Assembly (NCBI RefSeq): GCF_009914755.1
Contig: NC_060928.1
From: the human T2T-CHM13v2.0 reference genome, Homo sapiens
DNA: 64,000 nt
Direction: 5' to 3' (one strand)
A program made the position numbers and the translations under genes. Position 1 is the stretch's first letter, and each line of letters opens with the position of its first letter. The notes below the pieces were generated by a model that searched no databases, was not told where the DNA came from, and worked only from the letters and a program-made list of their open reading frames with translations. Positions 1 to 17,255 of the stretch are shown piece after piece.

Positions 1-2149
1 ATAGTATTTAGTGTATTAATGAGCACTTTAATTGTGCAATTTTAATTATTTCACCTCTGTTAGTGGCCTTATTACTGATACTCATATTAATGGATTTCTT
101 ACTTGTGATTATCTACTTATGGATCTTTTAAACTTAAGAATATATATTTTTAATGTGTCATTAATGCAGAGTTTCTGAGGATTTTGTCTTAAATTATTTA
201 ACTGTAGTAGTTAAGCTTTAAATTGGTTTTCAAAGACTTTCTACAGGAGTGACTACATAAGAATTATTTTTTGATGATGTTGCCTACATTTCTTTGGAAC
301 CAGTAAAGTGCTAGTTAATCTAGATAGTTTTAGATGCCAATTCTATTCTTCAAGCTGTCAACTTGGATTTACACTAGTATCTTCCAGCCAGTTATTAATA
401 CTAAGAGAGCTAAATTAGAGCTGTGTGACTCAGCTTAAACTTCTATTTTTTTCTATGATGAATCCATGTATTTTAATACCAATTCTTCTGGTGTTAAACC
501 CAGTTAAACTTACTATTATTATGACCCATGTTAACCTAGATTTTTGTTAACAGGTTGAAGCTAGTGCATTTAATTTCAAGTTTATTTAGTCATGATACCA
601 TCTAGACTTGGAATTTACTGGATATTACTTGCGACAATCCACCCAAACTCTATGGTGCTCAGACTCATGGAACAGGGGCTCAAAGTAAATACATGTTATT
701 TCTGATTAAATTTATCTTGCTAATGAAATGTTTTAGAAGACACTTTTGTAATTCTGTGTGACATTTACAATAGTGAGTACCCTGACTATTTATCAAATTT
801 TGTCAGTAGGAATGTAAAGAAAATTGCATTATTTGTCAGCTTATGTTGAAAGGAGTGAAGACACTGAATTCAAGCAAACCTAAAGATAAATGCTAAGGAC
901 ATTTTAATGGTATGTGTTGCTAATTACTCTTACTTCATTTCCTTTGCCTAAAGGCTCCTCTGGTCAGGTTCCCTTATTTCTCTTACTTGCATGTTAATAT
1001 ATCCCAACCTAATTGTGATTGACTTAAAAAGGTAAGAAAGCTGAAGCATGCCTTGATTAGGTGTTCCTGATTCTGATTACAACTATTTGCAACACCTAAT
1101 TTGCAACAACTATTCCATTACTCAATGGTGATCACTAAATTCTTGAGTCATTCATTTGAGTTTTTTCTCCCTAGCAATAAGAGCTTCAACACATTCTTAG
1201 CATGCTATCCATAGTCCTTTCCAATGTGCTGAGGCAATGTTTGCCTAAACCATTTGGCTTGGCCATTAAAAAAATTACTTTTTTGAGTGATGTAATATAG
1301 CAGCACATATATGTGTGACTTGTGATTTTAATAGTTATTAACTTTTAGATATAAACCCTGAAACATGTATGTATGATAAAGAAACAAAATAGCTACATGA
1401 CAACATAAAAGTTATAAAATTCCAATGGAAAAGCCAGAAACCATCATGTCATTTTAGAATCCCTTCAGTCCCTCAATCCCACAAATAACCATGTTTTTAC
1501 TGTATTCATATAAAAATAACTAGCAATTATTTAACACTCTGTGATAAACATTTTCCCATGCAATTTATGTGTTTTATTTAAACTTTGACAAATCACTATT
1601 GAGTAAGGGACACATTTTTATTACTTATTCTTCAGTAACAAGTTCAGTGATGAATCTGTAGATAGCAGATCAGCCTTAGTTCCATTAAAGGGCTTAGCTT
1701 CTCAATGATGCTATGAAGCATCTATATTCTTTCCATTACTCTCCTGCATGTTAGGGAAAATAAACAGGAAGTCTTTCCAGCTTTCTAACCTTACCTTCAT
1801 TTTCATTTTGCTTTTCTCTATTCAGGCAAGTCATTCCCTTCACCTCGTCTTTTCTTTTAATGACTTCTACATTAATGTACAAGAATCTTTCATTTTTATC
1901 TTATTATAGACTGATGAGGGCAATGCCCAATGAATGAACACTTCATCATCCTGAAATCTGAGTAGGTAATATTACGGCATTATGTACTCATTTTGTAAAA
2001 TAATTATTTGCTTGTTAAACCCTTTCCTAGGTAGTAGAATAACATCAACAGATTTTTAAAGATACTGACTCTCCAGCAAGAATGACACAAAAATAGAAAT
2101 ATAACACAGAAAGTATGCAGTATAGTGGAAGATTTTGAGTGTTCTTGTT

Positions 2150-3350
2150 AAAATGTTCAAACAGGTTAAAGGAGTTCAGGAGTGTAGGTTTACCATTTTA
2201 ACTAGAGTGGTCAGGATAGGCTATAAGGTAAAGGTAATATTTGAACAAAAACTTAATAGATATAAAGATGTTGTGAATCTGAAGGAAGAGTTTCTAGGCA
2301 GAAGTTAATAGCCAGAACAAAAGATCTAAGGTGGAAGAATACCAGATGTGTTACAATAACAACAAAATCTGGAGCAAAGTGGGCCAGGGCTATGGAGGTA
2401 GAACATAGAATGTCAAATAGTTCATGTTTGAAGAACTGAGTTACTAATAATTATGCAGAGAATCAGGTAAAAACAGTGATTCCCCAAAGCAAACTATAAT
2501 GTATAATCACCCACTTATATACCATAATGAGAATTTTACAATTTACATTGAGGAAAGAAGAGCAATTGCAGAGTTTTGAGCAGATGGATTATATGGTCTA
2601 ACGCAAGCCTTTAAAATGTCTATTAATAGAAGTAGACTTTCTGTGAATATTCCTTGAATGAATACCGGAGTGCTCTCACAATCCTATTGATAATAAACAA
2701 GGCAGGGTGTGCACAAAATATGAATTCAGGAGACCAGATAGGAGTCCAGGAATACAACATAATTCCAGTAAGAAATATAGCTTAGACAATGGTTATAGCA
2801 GCAAAGGCAGTGAAATAACGCTCAATTTCTGGATGTATTTTGAGAGCATACTCTGACTCTGAAGGATTTCCTGTTTCTACTGGATAAAACACAACAGAAA
2901 AGCAGAATAAAGATTTATACAAATTTTAGATCTGAGGAGAGTTGCTATTATTATAAATGGAATGGGATAAATTATAGATGTATAGACGTAGTAGATCCAT
3001 TTCATAGGTCCAGAAGTTTCATTTGAAAACTTGATTAGATAGCCAAGTTGGAAATGTTGAGTAGACATTAGAATATTTCACTCAGTTGTTAGATAGAGAT
3101 AAATACAGAAATTTTAAAAATAATAATTTGGAGTTGGTATTAAGATATTTTATAAAAGTCATGAGACTAAATTCTATTATTAAGGATTGAGTATAGAAAG
3201 AGAAGAGGATCAAGTACTGAAAGCTCTCCCACATTTTTATTAATTCAATAATTATTTGTTATATCAGGAAAACCAGAAGAAGAATAGGAAAAAATCAGTT
3301 GAGGTACCACAAAGATGGGCAGAAAATTTACAGACTGTGGTGTCTAGAAA
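2150..3350 (-). mobile_element. L2 LINE relic
   Basis: Degenerate antisense L2 motifs such as gaaggaagagtttctaggcagaag, gagttttgagcaga, tctggatgtattttgag and ttggaaatgttgagt; boundaries approximate. Confidence 0.65.
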
Positions 3351-3684
3351 GAAATGAAAAAAGAAAAAAAACATCCATTTTATATGAGAACACTGTAGTA
3401 TTACCTTAGTAGGCAAGATATTTTTCCTTATGCTCTAAATTCTGTTTAACCACTTTTGGGCTGTATGTATGTGTGCGTGTATATGCATATATATGCATAT
3501 ATATATTAATTTGATTTAATTTTTTTAAAAATTATAGAAACAAATTTGCCTAGTATCAATGCTTCAATTACCTCTTCTCATAACTATTTTTTTCATATTG
3601 AGAAATATAGAAAGACATACAAATAGAAAGGATGTGAATGATTATTAGGAACAACCATAAGTGTCTACAATATTGTTAGACACA

Positions 3685-3800
3685 TTATACACGTGAGAAA
3701 ATGAGAGTTAAATGCTTAGTCAGCTTCCCAGAATCTTACTGGTATAAATAGTGAATTTGAATTCAAATCAAGCAGTCTGATTTCAAAGTCCAAACTTTTT
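3685..3800 (-). mobile_element. MIR SINE relic
   Basis: gagaaaatgagagttaaatg...tttgaattcaaatcaagcagtctgatttcaaagtcc resembles the antisense MIR core. Confidence 0.55.
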
Positions 3801-3929
3801 TTCCCAATCAAACCATTTTCCCAAATATCTTCTATTGAAATAAATAACTTCTCTCTCTTCATACAGATTCTTACCTTAATTCAGGAATTCCATATTTCTC
3901 AGGTATATTTTGTAAATTACTACTAGATT

Positions 3930-4480
3930 TGTCTTCAGTCCTCCATAATGTCATCTTTCCAATTTCTTCATCTAAATTACTTGCAAGGATATCTTTCTAT
4001 AATATGTTTACAGACCTACACTGCTTCTATTTAAATTTCTCTTTTTGTGCAGAATAAAGTACAAATATATTTAGAGGGTATATATGCCCCTTTGGCTGCA
4101 GCTAAATCTTCATGTCATGTTTGTAATCCATTAACCAATTTTTATTTTATGCCTCACTAAACCATTTGTAGTTCCTCATACATATATAATACTGGCATTT
4201 ATGTCTATGTTTTCCATTCCCTCACCTGGTATGTACTTTTTCTGAAATAACTAAAATATATTCCTCAAGAATAAACATTGCTAAATTTCTTCTGAAGTCC
4301 CTTCTTGATGCCAAGACTGCCTCAATCCAGTTACTTCTTATGTGCATATGTATTTCATATGGTTGTGTATTATTTTTATTGTTGTTTTATGTCTGTTTTT
4401 TTAAAAACGGATTACAAATTTCTAAAGGCCTTAACTTCTCTGTTTCTATAGCACAGTACATATTATTTATTAACTGAAAA
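3930..4480 (+). mobile_element. L2 3' end relic
   Basis: cagaataaagtacaaat, ttcttctgaagtcccttcttga and a terminal tagcacagtacata...ttaactgaa resemble the L2 3' end. Confidence 0.5.
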
Positions 4481-5269
4481 ATTAGTTGAAAGGCTAGAAA
4501 CCATCAGGTGCAAACCATAAAGCAGCATGATTTCTCTATTCAATCCCAACTTCTATATTTTCTATTGTCAAAGGACAATGCATCTATACAAAAAAACTAA
4601 AAACAAACAAATAAGAAAAAACACGCAGAGATCAGCTTAGGGACAGGAAGTGGAAACAAAGAAACAAGTATGGATAAAGAACAATACTGAACTATAAAGT
4701 GTAAAGCAGAACTAATTTAAAAAGGAAATAAAAGCTAAAATTCTTGTGCTGTAGAAGTATGAGAGCAGTCTGGTACACCCAAACAGAGCTAAGAAGTTTA
4801 TTCTAAGTGTCTGGCAATAAGAGTTCACTTATCTATCTAGCAGATCTTTCGTCACTGCCAGTAACGAATATTAAATCAGTAAAGCTGTGAAAACTGTAAT
4901 TTAGTTCATTGCTCCATTTTCCAGAACCACATATAAATAACATTTCTATTTATTTCCATTTAAAATACAATAAAGTAAATTGAGACAGATTTTTTTGAAA
5001 TTATACAAACTACATAACTTGTAAATACAAAATTAAAAATTATAGAAAAATATAACTCACCAAAGCCTAATTACTGACATTAAGTTTACTTGGGCATGAC
5101 TTTTCATACTGGGATTCTAGGCAGCCACATAGATTATGCATATTTTTACTCATATTAATGAAGAACCTGAAATTCCTCCTATAAAGCTCCCATTTTATAC
5201 ATTAAAATTACAGGAAAATATTTGAGATGCTTACATACAAACAGACTTTGTGCAGCTTTCTATGTGTAC

Positions 5270-9115
<3,846 letters not shown>

Positions 9116-11628
9116 TGTCTGCGTATGATCGCTCCTCTTTCAATTTTCATGAAATCATCTTCTTCCCAATTGATTTTCTGACCTCTTTTTCTCTATTCTT
9201 CCCCTAATTTGTTGAGTTTTTCAGGGACACCACACATGAATTATTGCATAAAACTAATTTAAATAAACTTGTCAGACAGTTGTCAAGCTTTTCCTTCAAT
9301 GATGCAATGTTATTTGCTATTTTGTGCCTCCACAAAATAGTTTTTATATTATATTGCAATAAACTCTTTAATTATCTGCTTTTCAACTAGTCTATATACT
9401 CCATTTGAAAAAAACTAATTTATTTTAAAATATTTCATATTTTACATTGTACCATAAGACATTAAAATAATAAAATTATTAAACATATATGAATTAATTA
9501 TCTGTGTACTACATATATTTTCCTAAAAACTTTGCTTTTTACTCTGTTATGGTATGCATTTGATAAGTTGCTATTTGAATTTAATTTCAATTATATCTGG
9601 TCACATGTAATTCAATACATTATTAATAAACGTCCATTATATGCAAAGCACAGTATTGGATTCCAATATACAAATGACATTAGAGTATATATATCTATAT
9701 ATATATATATGGAAAATCATCATGCCCAACAATGGTAATGGCAAAATCTCAAATTTTACCACTGTAACACTTTTGTATTCTAATCATTAGCCAAAACCTA
9801 GCCAAAACAAGCTGACCTGTTCTGGGTATACCAACACTTAGTAATTAAATTGTTTAACTAAGTTGTATGAACAAGTAAAGTATGGGAGGTAGAGTCAGGC
9901 AATGTTTTAAGTTGATTTTTTAGGAATTCATAACACAGCTCAATAATATCATATACCTGCAGATGGTAGAGGGCTTGAAATTACCAGTAAAATTTCTTGA
10001 ATACTGGCCCATTGTTGCACAGCATTTGCAACAAAAGGCACAGACTTGTGAGACTGTGGATGGTCTGGAAAGCCAGAAACATACCACACATTAAGTTCAA
10101 TGGTCACAATTGTGTGGTGTAAGTTGGCTGATTATTTTGGTATACAAACACCTTAAAGTAAAAGAATGCCAACAGAAATTAGTATTGAAAGTTCTGGGAG
10201 TGCTTCAGATGTCAAGGGTGCAATCTATCTTCAAAGAACAGGCAGGATAAAAGTCCCATAAAATGTGACTTTTTCTACCATGGGCCCAAGAAGGTCACAT
10301 TTTGGCAGGAATCACAAGTGTGCAATGCATTGGTGTCTTCCGCATCAGAAACATATAGCTATTTATTTTGTGCCCAGCCTATGATGACAAATGCATTGCG
10401 TATCTGATGCAATTATGGATCCAGGTTTTAAGGGTACTGATCTGGTCAGTTCAGGTTTGAACAACAACTTTATTAGAGTAATTTCAGTACAACTTATTGA
10501 GAACTGGCTCTTACTGTGGACATCTGCATTCATTTTAATTGGCCACGAAAATTTGTGTTCATAGTTCTTAAAACAGCTCTGGCCTGGCTAAACCAGTGAC
10601 CTTATGCTATTTGGCAAGCAAACCAGACATATCTCCCATGACTTCTGAACTCCTTCCAAGTTTGTTCTTCCTTGGATACTGTCCTCATCCCTAGGGTAAC
10701 ATATATAGCTTCCTGTTATATATTATATGTTACTATTTTATCATAATTAAGGATACTTCATAAATTTCCCTTGTTTAACCTTAAAAAACGATAAGAAGGG
10801 AGAAGAAAGCAAAATAAAAGAAACTAAGTCAGAGGAATTAGATATTCCAAGATGCCTCCCCTGTCTCAGAACCTTGGACACAGAAACCTTGTTTCTAATG
10901 TGAAATGTCATGAGATTATTCATGTCTAACATGCTTGCTTTTGAAAAAAGGACAAATGTGAATAATATCTACTGAGAGCTGCAGGTTGGCAAAGATGGGT
11001 CACATTAGACATTTCATGGAAGGCTGACTAGAATGAAGTGATCATACTTAAAATTTGGCCAGCCTCTATATTTTAGAGTTTGAGGAATATTTCAACACAG
11101 AGAGGTCATTCATCATGGAGGCATAAGGAGAGTGATGCCAGAACACCATCCTAAATATTGTACTTTCTCATTCTGTAATCTGGTGTTATCACTTAATTAG
11201 GAATGTGGCAAATGATTAATAAATCTTTAAGTGTTGAATTGAAACTTTTGTTTCATTTTCCATGAAATTGTGAAGTGAGAATGACTTATGTGATATTTAA
11301 TATCATGAACAATTATGATCCTATTTCCCAGATTCAGGGTTATCTAGTACCAAAGAGAAGAGAAGCCTTATCCTGAGAACAAATGCAATTAAACTTTCTT
11401 CTGACATATAGGTGAAGAAATTCTTTGGACTTTTATTTCTGCTTTTAGGTGGGATAAAAAGAAAAAAAAACTAGGTGAACAAGTGAGAATGAGGGGATAA
11501 AATAGAAATATAAAACTAACCATTTATTATTTATTTTAACTTTGATCAAAATAATCTGTATTTTAACCTCTCTATTCGTCTTTCAATTTTGTCTCTGTTT
11601 TTAATATTTAATTTTGTATTATTTTGAT

Positions 11629-11934
11629 TGATATGATTTGGGCTGTGTTCCCACACACATAGGGGTAGTTACCCCCATGCTGCTGTTCTCATGATAGTGA
11701 GTGAGTTCTCACAAGATCTGATGGTTTTATAAGGGGCTTTTCCTCCTTTTCTGGGTACTTCTCTTGGCTGCCATCATGTGTTGAAGGACATGTTGCTCCC
11801 CCTTCCACCATGATTGTAAGTTTCTTGAGGCCTCCCTAGCCATGCTGAACTGTGAGTCAATTAAACCTCTTTCTTTGATAAACTACCCAGTCTCAGGTAT
11901 GTCTTTATTAGCAGTGTGAGAATGGACGAATGCA
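11629..11934 (+). mobile_element. THE1 (THE1C/D-like) MaLR solo LTR with internal deletion
   Basis: Termini tgatatgatttgg...gaatgca; internal ccaccatgattgtaagtttcttgaggcctccc and attaaa signal; degenerate 5-bp TSD ttgat/atgat. Confidence 0.9.
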
Positions 11935-14329
11935 ATGATTTTTCATTATGACTGTGTTGGTTTCTATTCTTTCTTTGTTCTCTTTAATGATTTTAAATAC
12001 ATTTTTTCTGGTCTCCTTTACATGGCTCTATTATGTCATCTTCTTTGGTTACTGTCTCTGTTTTTTATTGAATAGGCTGATTCTTCTACATTAGATTTTA
12101 TTCCATTGTGTTTTCTCCACCATGAGTTTTTCCCTTTTGGAATCCCTTGTCCTGTGGGTTGTGAGATTTTTCCATTTGCTTCTGCTGGGGTCCTTGGGAT
12201 TTTATTTCACTGGAACTCACTTCTTGTCTCAGATTTCCTCAGTTCACCACATAAATGAGGTTTGAGTTCCCCTTCTGCATATCAGGGTATGAATGAGATG
12301 CTCTGCATAACTTTCTCACTCCACTCTAGACTCCAGATAAATGTCATATCTCATTACCCTTTCTTGGGTGGGTTCAGGGTTTTCTAGTTCATTTTAAAAA
12401 ATAATGGATAAGATTCCTTTGGAATTCCTGACCCTCTCCTGTGAACTCAGTTTCTGCTTCTTGCCTTAGGCTAACTTAACCTTATGGATACAAAAACGTC
12501 AACCAATTACCTAATCCAACACGTTGTAAGTCACCGCATTCACCACTACTGCTTCTCACACAAGATTTTGGTAATACCTTTAGGTGCTTTTTTGTATATG
12601 CATATTTTATTATTTTTCTTTCTTTTGATAGCACATACACTTGAAAATAATTGGGGTTTAATTACTTCCATCATTTATTATGTTTGTAGCTGGAGTTGGA
12701 CTATTCTGGATTAACACTTTCTGCCAAACAACTTGGAATGTCCAATCTTACGTTTCACTAAACACACACAATCTTGTACAACTTATTTTTCCAAACCTTT
12801 ACTAAAAATAATCATTTGATAAAGCGAAAGGTATGGTAGCATTTCTGAAATTAATGAAAGATAACTTCAAACTAAAAAATGAGAAGTATTATGTAAAATC
12901 CAAATTGTTTATTTCAAATCAAATTTAACTCTGGAATTCATACATAATTCTCTATCACCAACCCATTTTAGTAAGAAAGTTAAGGGGTCAAGGTTTTAGG
13001 ATATAAACTAGGTACCCTAGTAGAGTACAGCTTTTGGGCAGATGAATATAATTTAATTCTCACGTAAATTTTTAGAATTAGGACTTTTCCTTCCCCAAAA
13101 GGAGAAAAAAAGGGAGTAAAGATTGTTGTAGTAGAATAAATGGAATAAAAGCTTACATATAAGGAAATGGGGAAGAAAATAATACAAATTCTAGGTTACA
13201 CAATGGAGTCTCTTCTGTCAGTTTACTCTCTCATGGAGACTAATCCAAAATCTAAAGGAGCATTCTATGACTTTAGCCATGCCCTGGATGAAAAGGAAAA
13301 TAATGCAGAGGTATTACGGAGCGTACAAAGAATGAAGAGAAACACAGATGTACTAACTGCTTCTGCCCACCAGTCCTTCTCACTAGGATAAGAGAGTAGA
13401 AAGTATTTTAACAATGGGAAAATAACACCACCAGTGCTCACTGAAATGATTTGAAAAAAGGATAAAAATAGTTTTGTAAACATGGAAAATAATAAAATAA
13501 AAATGATGCCAATATTTTGGAGTGAAACAGATATCCTAAATGGGTTTCCATCAACTAAAAATAGGCTTAAATAAAAAATTAGACAATAAAAAAGAAAACG
13601 AGCAAGTTAAAAAGAAAACTTATTTTTATCTCCCTTAAGAGAAAGTACTTAGACTACAAATGCTTTATGTCAACGAAATTAGAGAATATGACTCTGCTCA
13701 CAAGGTGTTAAAAGGCTAATACATTTTCAATGTCCATTGATTTATGCTACCTTTTTGATGCCATTTGTCATTTTAGTTTTAGGATATTTCCTATAGGAAA
13801 ATTATGTAGAAATAATGAGAATCTACAGCTAGTTTCTGTATATTATTGGGAAAGAAGGCAGAAAAATAAGAAACCAAGAGTAAAACTTGTATGTTCTGAT
13901 CATCTCTCTAGAGACAGAAGCCTGAAAAGAGATTTATTTTGTTTATTTTTTAGTAAGAAAGATAAGATTGCAGAGGATAAGAGGCGTTGCTTATATTCAC
14001 ACTTCAGAATAATAGTATGTTTGTCTAATTTGATGGTTCAAATGTATTTGTTGTATGTTTTATTCTTTTCCCTATGCTACAGGGAGGAGTGCAAATGAGG
14101 AAAAACAATTATATGTAAAAAAGATGTTCCATATACTCTGTACATTTGGGGATAATGTAAATAAATTGTTATGTAAAATATATCGAAATAAAGCAAGAAG
14201 ACAATGCAATCATCTTAAAATTTATCTGGTAAATCTAAAGAATGCATTTGAAAACAATAATCACTGAAAATTAATGGATAACTTTAGACAAAAAAGAAAC
14301 ACACTTACCAGAGTGAAAATCGTTGTTTG

Positions 14330-14822
14330 TGACATAAAATAGAGATATAAAAATACTTAAAACAAAATATCAAATTTACCGCTACTGAATATAGCATAAC
14401 AAAATCCTGATACATTCTAACAATATTTATTTACTAGCAACAATCTTCTCACTAAAATGATATTGAAACTGGAATTCTTTCAAATAGTAATCAATGATTC
14501 AAATCTTACAGAAACTCTTCCAGAGAAAGAATTGGGGAAAAATTTAGCCAATTGAATCTATGAAGCTAGTATAATCTAGAAAATAAATTCAGACAAAGAT
14601 AGAGCAAGAAAAGATGAATCCCACTTGCAAACAGAAATGTAAATTTCTCAACAAAATATTCACAAAATATAAAAATATACCATAATCAGCATGACTATGT
14701 CTCAAAATTACAATCATATTGCAACATTAGAAAAAAATCTATGAATATCATTTTTCATTTAAGCGAATGAAATAAAAATAAGGTCATAACAGATGCAGTA
14801 ACAGCCTTTGATCAAATTCAGC
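14330..14822 (+). mobile_element. Ancient L1M ORF2 fragment
   Basis: aaactcttccagagaa...ctatgaagctagtataatc...gatgcagtaacagcctttgatcaaattca matches the L1 ORF2 RT region ([10 protein letters not shown]-like). Confidence 0.6.
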
Positions 14823-14924
14823 TTTGAAGCGAAATAAAACCCCTGCCGCTTCTAATTAGCATAGTATATGCAATCTGGTCCTACCCTCACTACCCTCTTC
14901 CAATGGTCTCTTCCTCTATTTTTA

Positions 14925-15650
14925 ATCCAATACCACATTGTTTATGAATGTGGCTTTGTCGTATATCTTAATACATAGTAGGGAAGACCCTCTGTATAAC
15001 TTTTCTTAAAGTTTACTTGGCTCAAGAAGAGATGACATCTCTTCTCCATATAAATTTTATCATAACCTATTCAAGTTCCTCAAAAGTTCAACAAATATCT
15101 TGTACAGTATATGGTGATTATAGTTAGTGATAATACATTGTTTTCTTGAAAAATGCTAAGAGAATTGATGTTAAGTGTTCTTGCCACAAAAATGATAACT
15201 ATGTGAGGTAATATATGTGCAAATTAGCTCATTTGCAAAATGCATTTATACTTCAAAATATGCTGTACACAATAACTACATACAATTTTAGCTGTCAATT
15301 TAAAAGAAATAAATGAAATTTTTTAAAAAGTTGAAGTCAAATATTTATGGATTGAAATTACTCATAAATTAATTTGTGGGGAAGTGCCTTAATAGAATTT
15401 TGTCATCCTATTTCAAGACCTTAGAATGTTTATTTAGATAAGCATTTTGTTATTTATTTTTTTCATTTAAGATGCAATGGATATATTTGTTAGAAATAAT
15501 TGATTTTTAGATTAAAATTTTTATTGCTATCATGAACAGTATATTAATTTTTTATATTTCCTTATTGTTGCAAAGGCATTTTAGTCTTTTTCTATATGTT
15601 TTCAGTATAGCTACATTTATTAAATCTTAGTAGTTTTGATAGCTTACCAT
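14925..15650 (-). mobile_element. Ancient L1M ORF2 fragment, interrupted by an L1MA 3' end
   Basis: aataccacattgttt...ttctccatataaatttta...atggattgaaattactcataaattaatttg resembles antisense ORF2. Confidence 0.45.
15085..15320 (+). mobile_element. 5'-truncated L1MA 3' end
   Basis: cttgaaaaatgctaagagaattgatgttaagtgttcttgccacaaaaatgataactatgtgaggtaat...gtcaatttaaaa followed by an A-rich tail. Confidence 0.8.
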
Positions 15651-16109
15651 TTAGTTTCAGCTTATTTGATTCTTAATTTCAGCACTGTTTCATCTCCTTA
15701 TACTGAATCTTTCCATTCATTTTTATTTTTCATTTGTAGCAGAACCAATGAAATTAGATAAGCGAATGACTCTTAAACCCGATCATTTTTTTTCTTTTCT
15801 TTTCTTTTTTTTCCTCTCATGTTCTTACCATGAGAGGTTTGATCTACCTTCTTAACAAGTTTAAGTGTAAACATAGCAGTACAATGCACAACCTTGATCT
15901 AGTCTATTTACAGTAAAGGTGGCATGATGAAAAGATGATCCTGTTCACTTAACTAAATGCAACTTTGGTATCCTAAACAAAATAAAAAGTCATTTTTAAT
16001 GAATAAGTGACTTATATAGCCCTGCAAGTTCTTATAGAAACACCAACAAATTTGCCCTCTTGAAATTTCTATTAGAATTGAGAGATTTGGGCCATTCAGA
16101 TATCCACAA

Positions 16110-16300
16110 CTCATATATTTTTTGATATGGCCTTACCATGTGCCAGTCACTATGTTAGGTGACAGAGAAGTGATCAATGATCAAATAGTAAATGAAGTTT
16201 CCACAACTATAAACTTACAGTACTGAGGAGCAGAGATTACTGACAGAATATTCATGCAAAGAAATACAAAATTATGACTGTTGCAGAAGGAAAACATATT
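16110..16300 (-). mobile_element. L2 3' end relic
   Basis: ttaccatgtgccagtcactatgttagg is the reverse complement of the L2 terminal motif. Confidence 0.55.
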
Positions 16301-16872
16301 GTATAAGAATATAAAATATTTTACACTGATTTGAATGGCATACAACATTATCTGTTATTATCCAATATTGAATATTTATTTGACCTAAAGTTACGCTTAA
16401 TCATTTAAGTATTAAATAACTAATAAATAAAAGACAAGCGGTATCAGTCAATATTCTTGAAAGTTTTTTTAGTAGACAAAATATTCTTCATAAGAAGAAC
16501 CGTTTGATAATATAATATATCAACCAAATAGCCATTGAGAGGGACTGTTAAAAATGGAATATTTCTGATTTGCTTTTTATAAAACAAAGAACATAGTTGT
16601 TGTTTTTGAATAAACTAAATATTTAAATTTTTGGAAAATGGTAGGCAAGAATGTGGACACTTACCAGTGGCTATTGGGCAAATATCAAGTTGCTTGTGTG
16701 TTGACTGTGCCATCCCACCTTGCAGTGACAAAGAAGCTCCATGCTTGGATGGTAGCATAAAGTTGTCCTGGTGGAACAGTGTACACAGTGCATAACAAAA
16801 ACCAGCCAGATATTTTCAAAAGGGGGATATAGAAATCAAAGATATTTTCATCACAATTATTTTTCTTATGTG

Positions 16873-17255
16873 TTTTTTTTATTAAAATTCAGATTCAGAG
16901 AGTACATGTGTGTGTTTGCTGCATGGGTATATTGCAAAATGATAAGGATTGGGTTTCTAGTATACCTGCCACCCAAATGTTGAACACTGTGTACAATAGC
17001 TAATCTTTCAAACCTTACTCCCCTCTTTTCCTTTCTCCCTCCCCTGTTTTGAAATCCCTAGGGTCTACTATTATTTCCATCTTTATGTTCATTTGTTTAG
17101 ATCCCACTGATAAATGAAAACATGCAATATTTGATTTTCTGCTTCTGAGTTAGTTCACTTAGAATAAAAGCCTCCAGCTTCCTCTGCATTGCTCAAAAGG
17201 ACTTGATGTCATGTATTTTCATGGCTACATAGTATTCCATGGTGTATATATACTT
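16873..17255 (-). mobile_element. L1PB-type 3' end fragment
   Basis: Poly-T, agattcagagagtacatgtg...catgggtatattgc...atggctacatagtattccatggtgtatata. Confidence 0.85.

Noticed and set aside
1-1300. Repeat-poor stretch as a possible exon, pseudogene or endogenous viral element
   Set aside because: No ORF of 60 aa or more in the track, and partial manual translation gave no recognisable motif.
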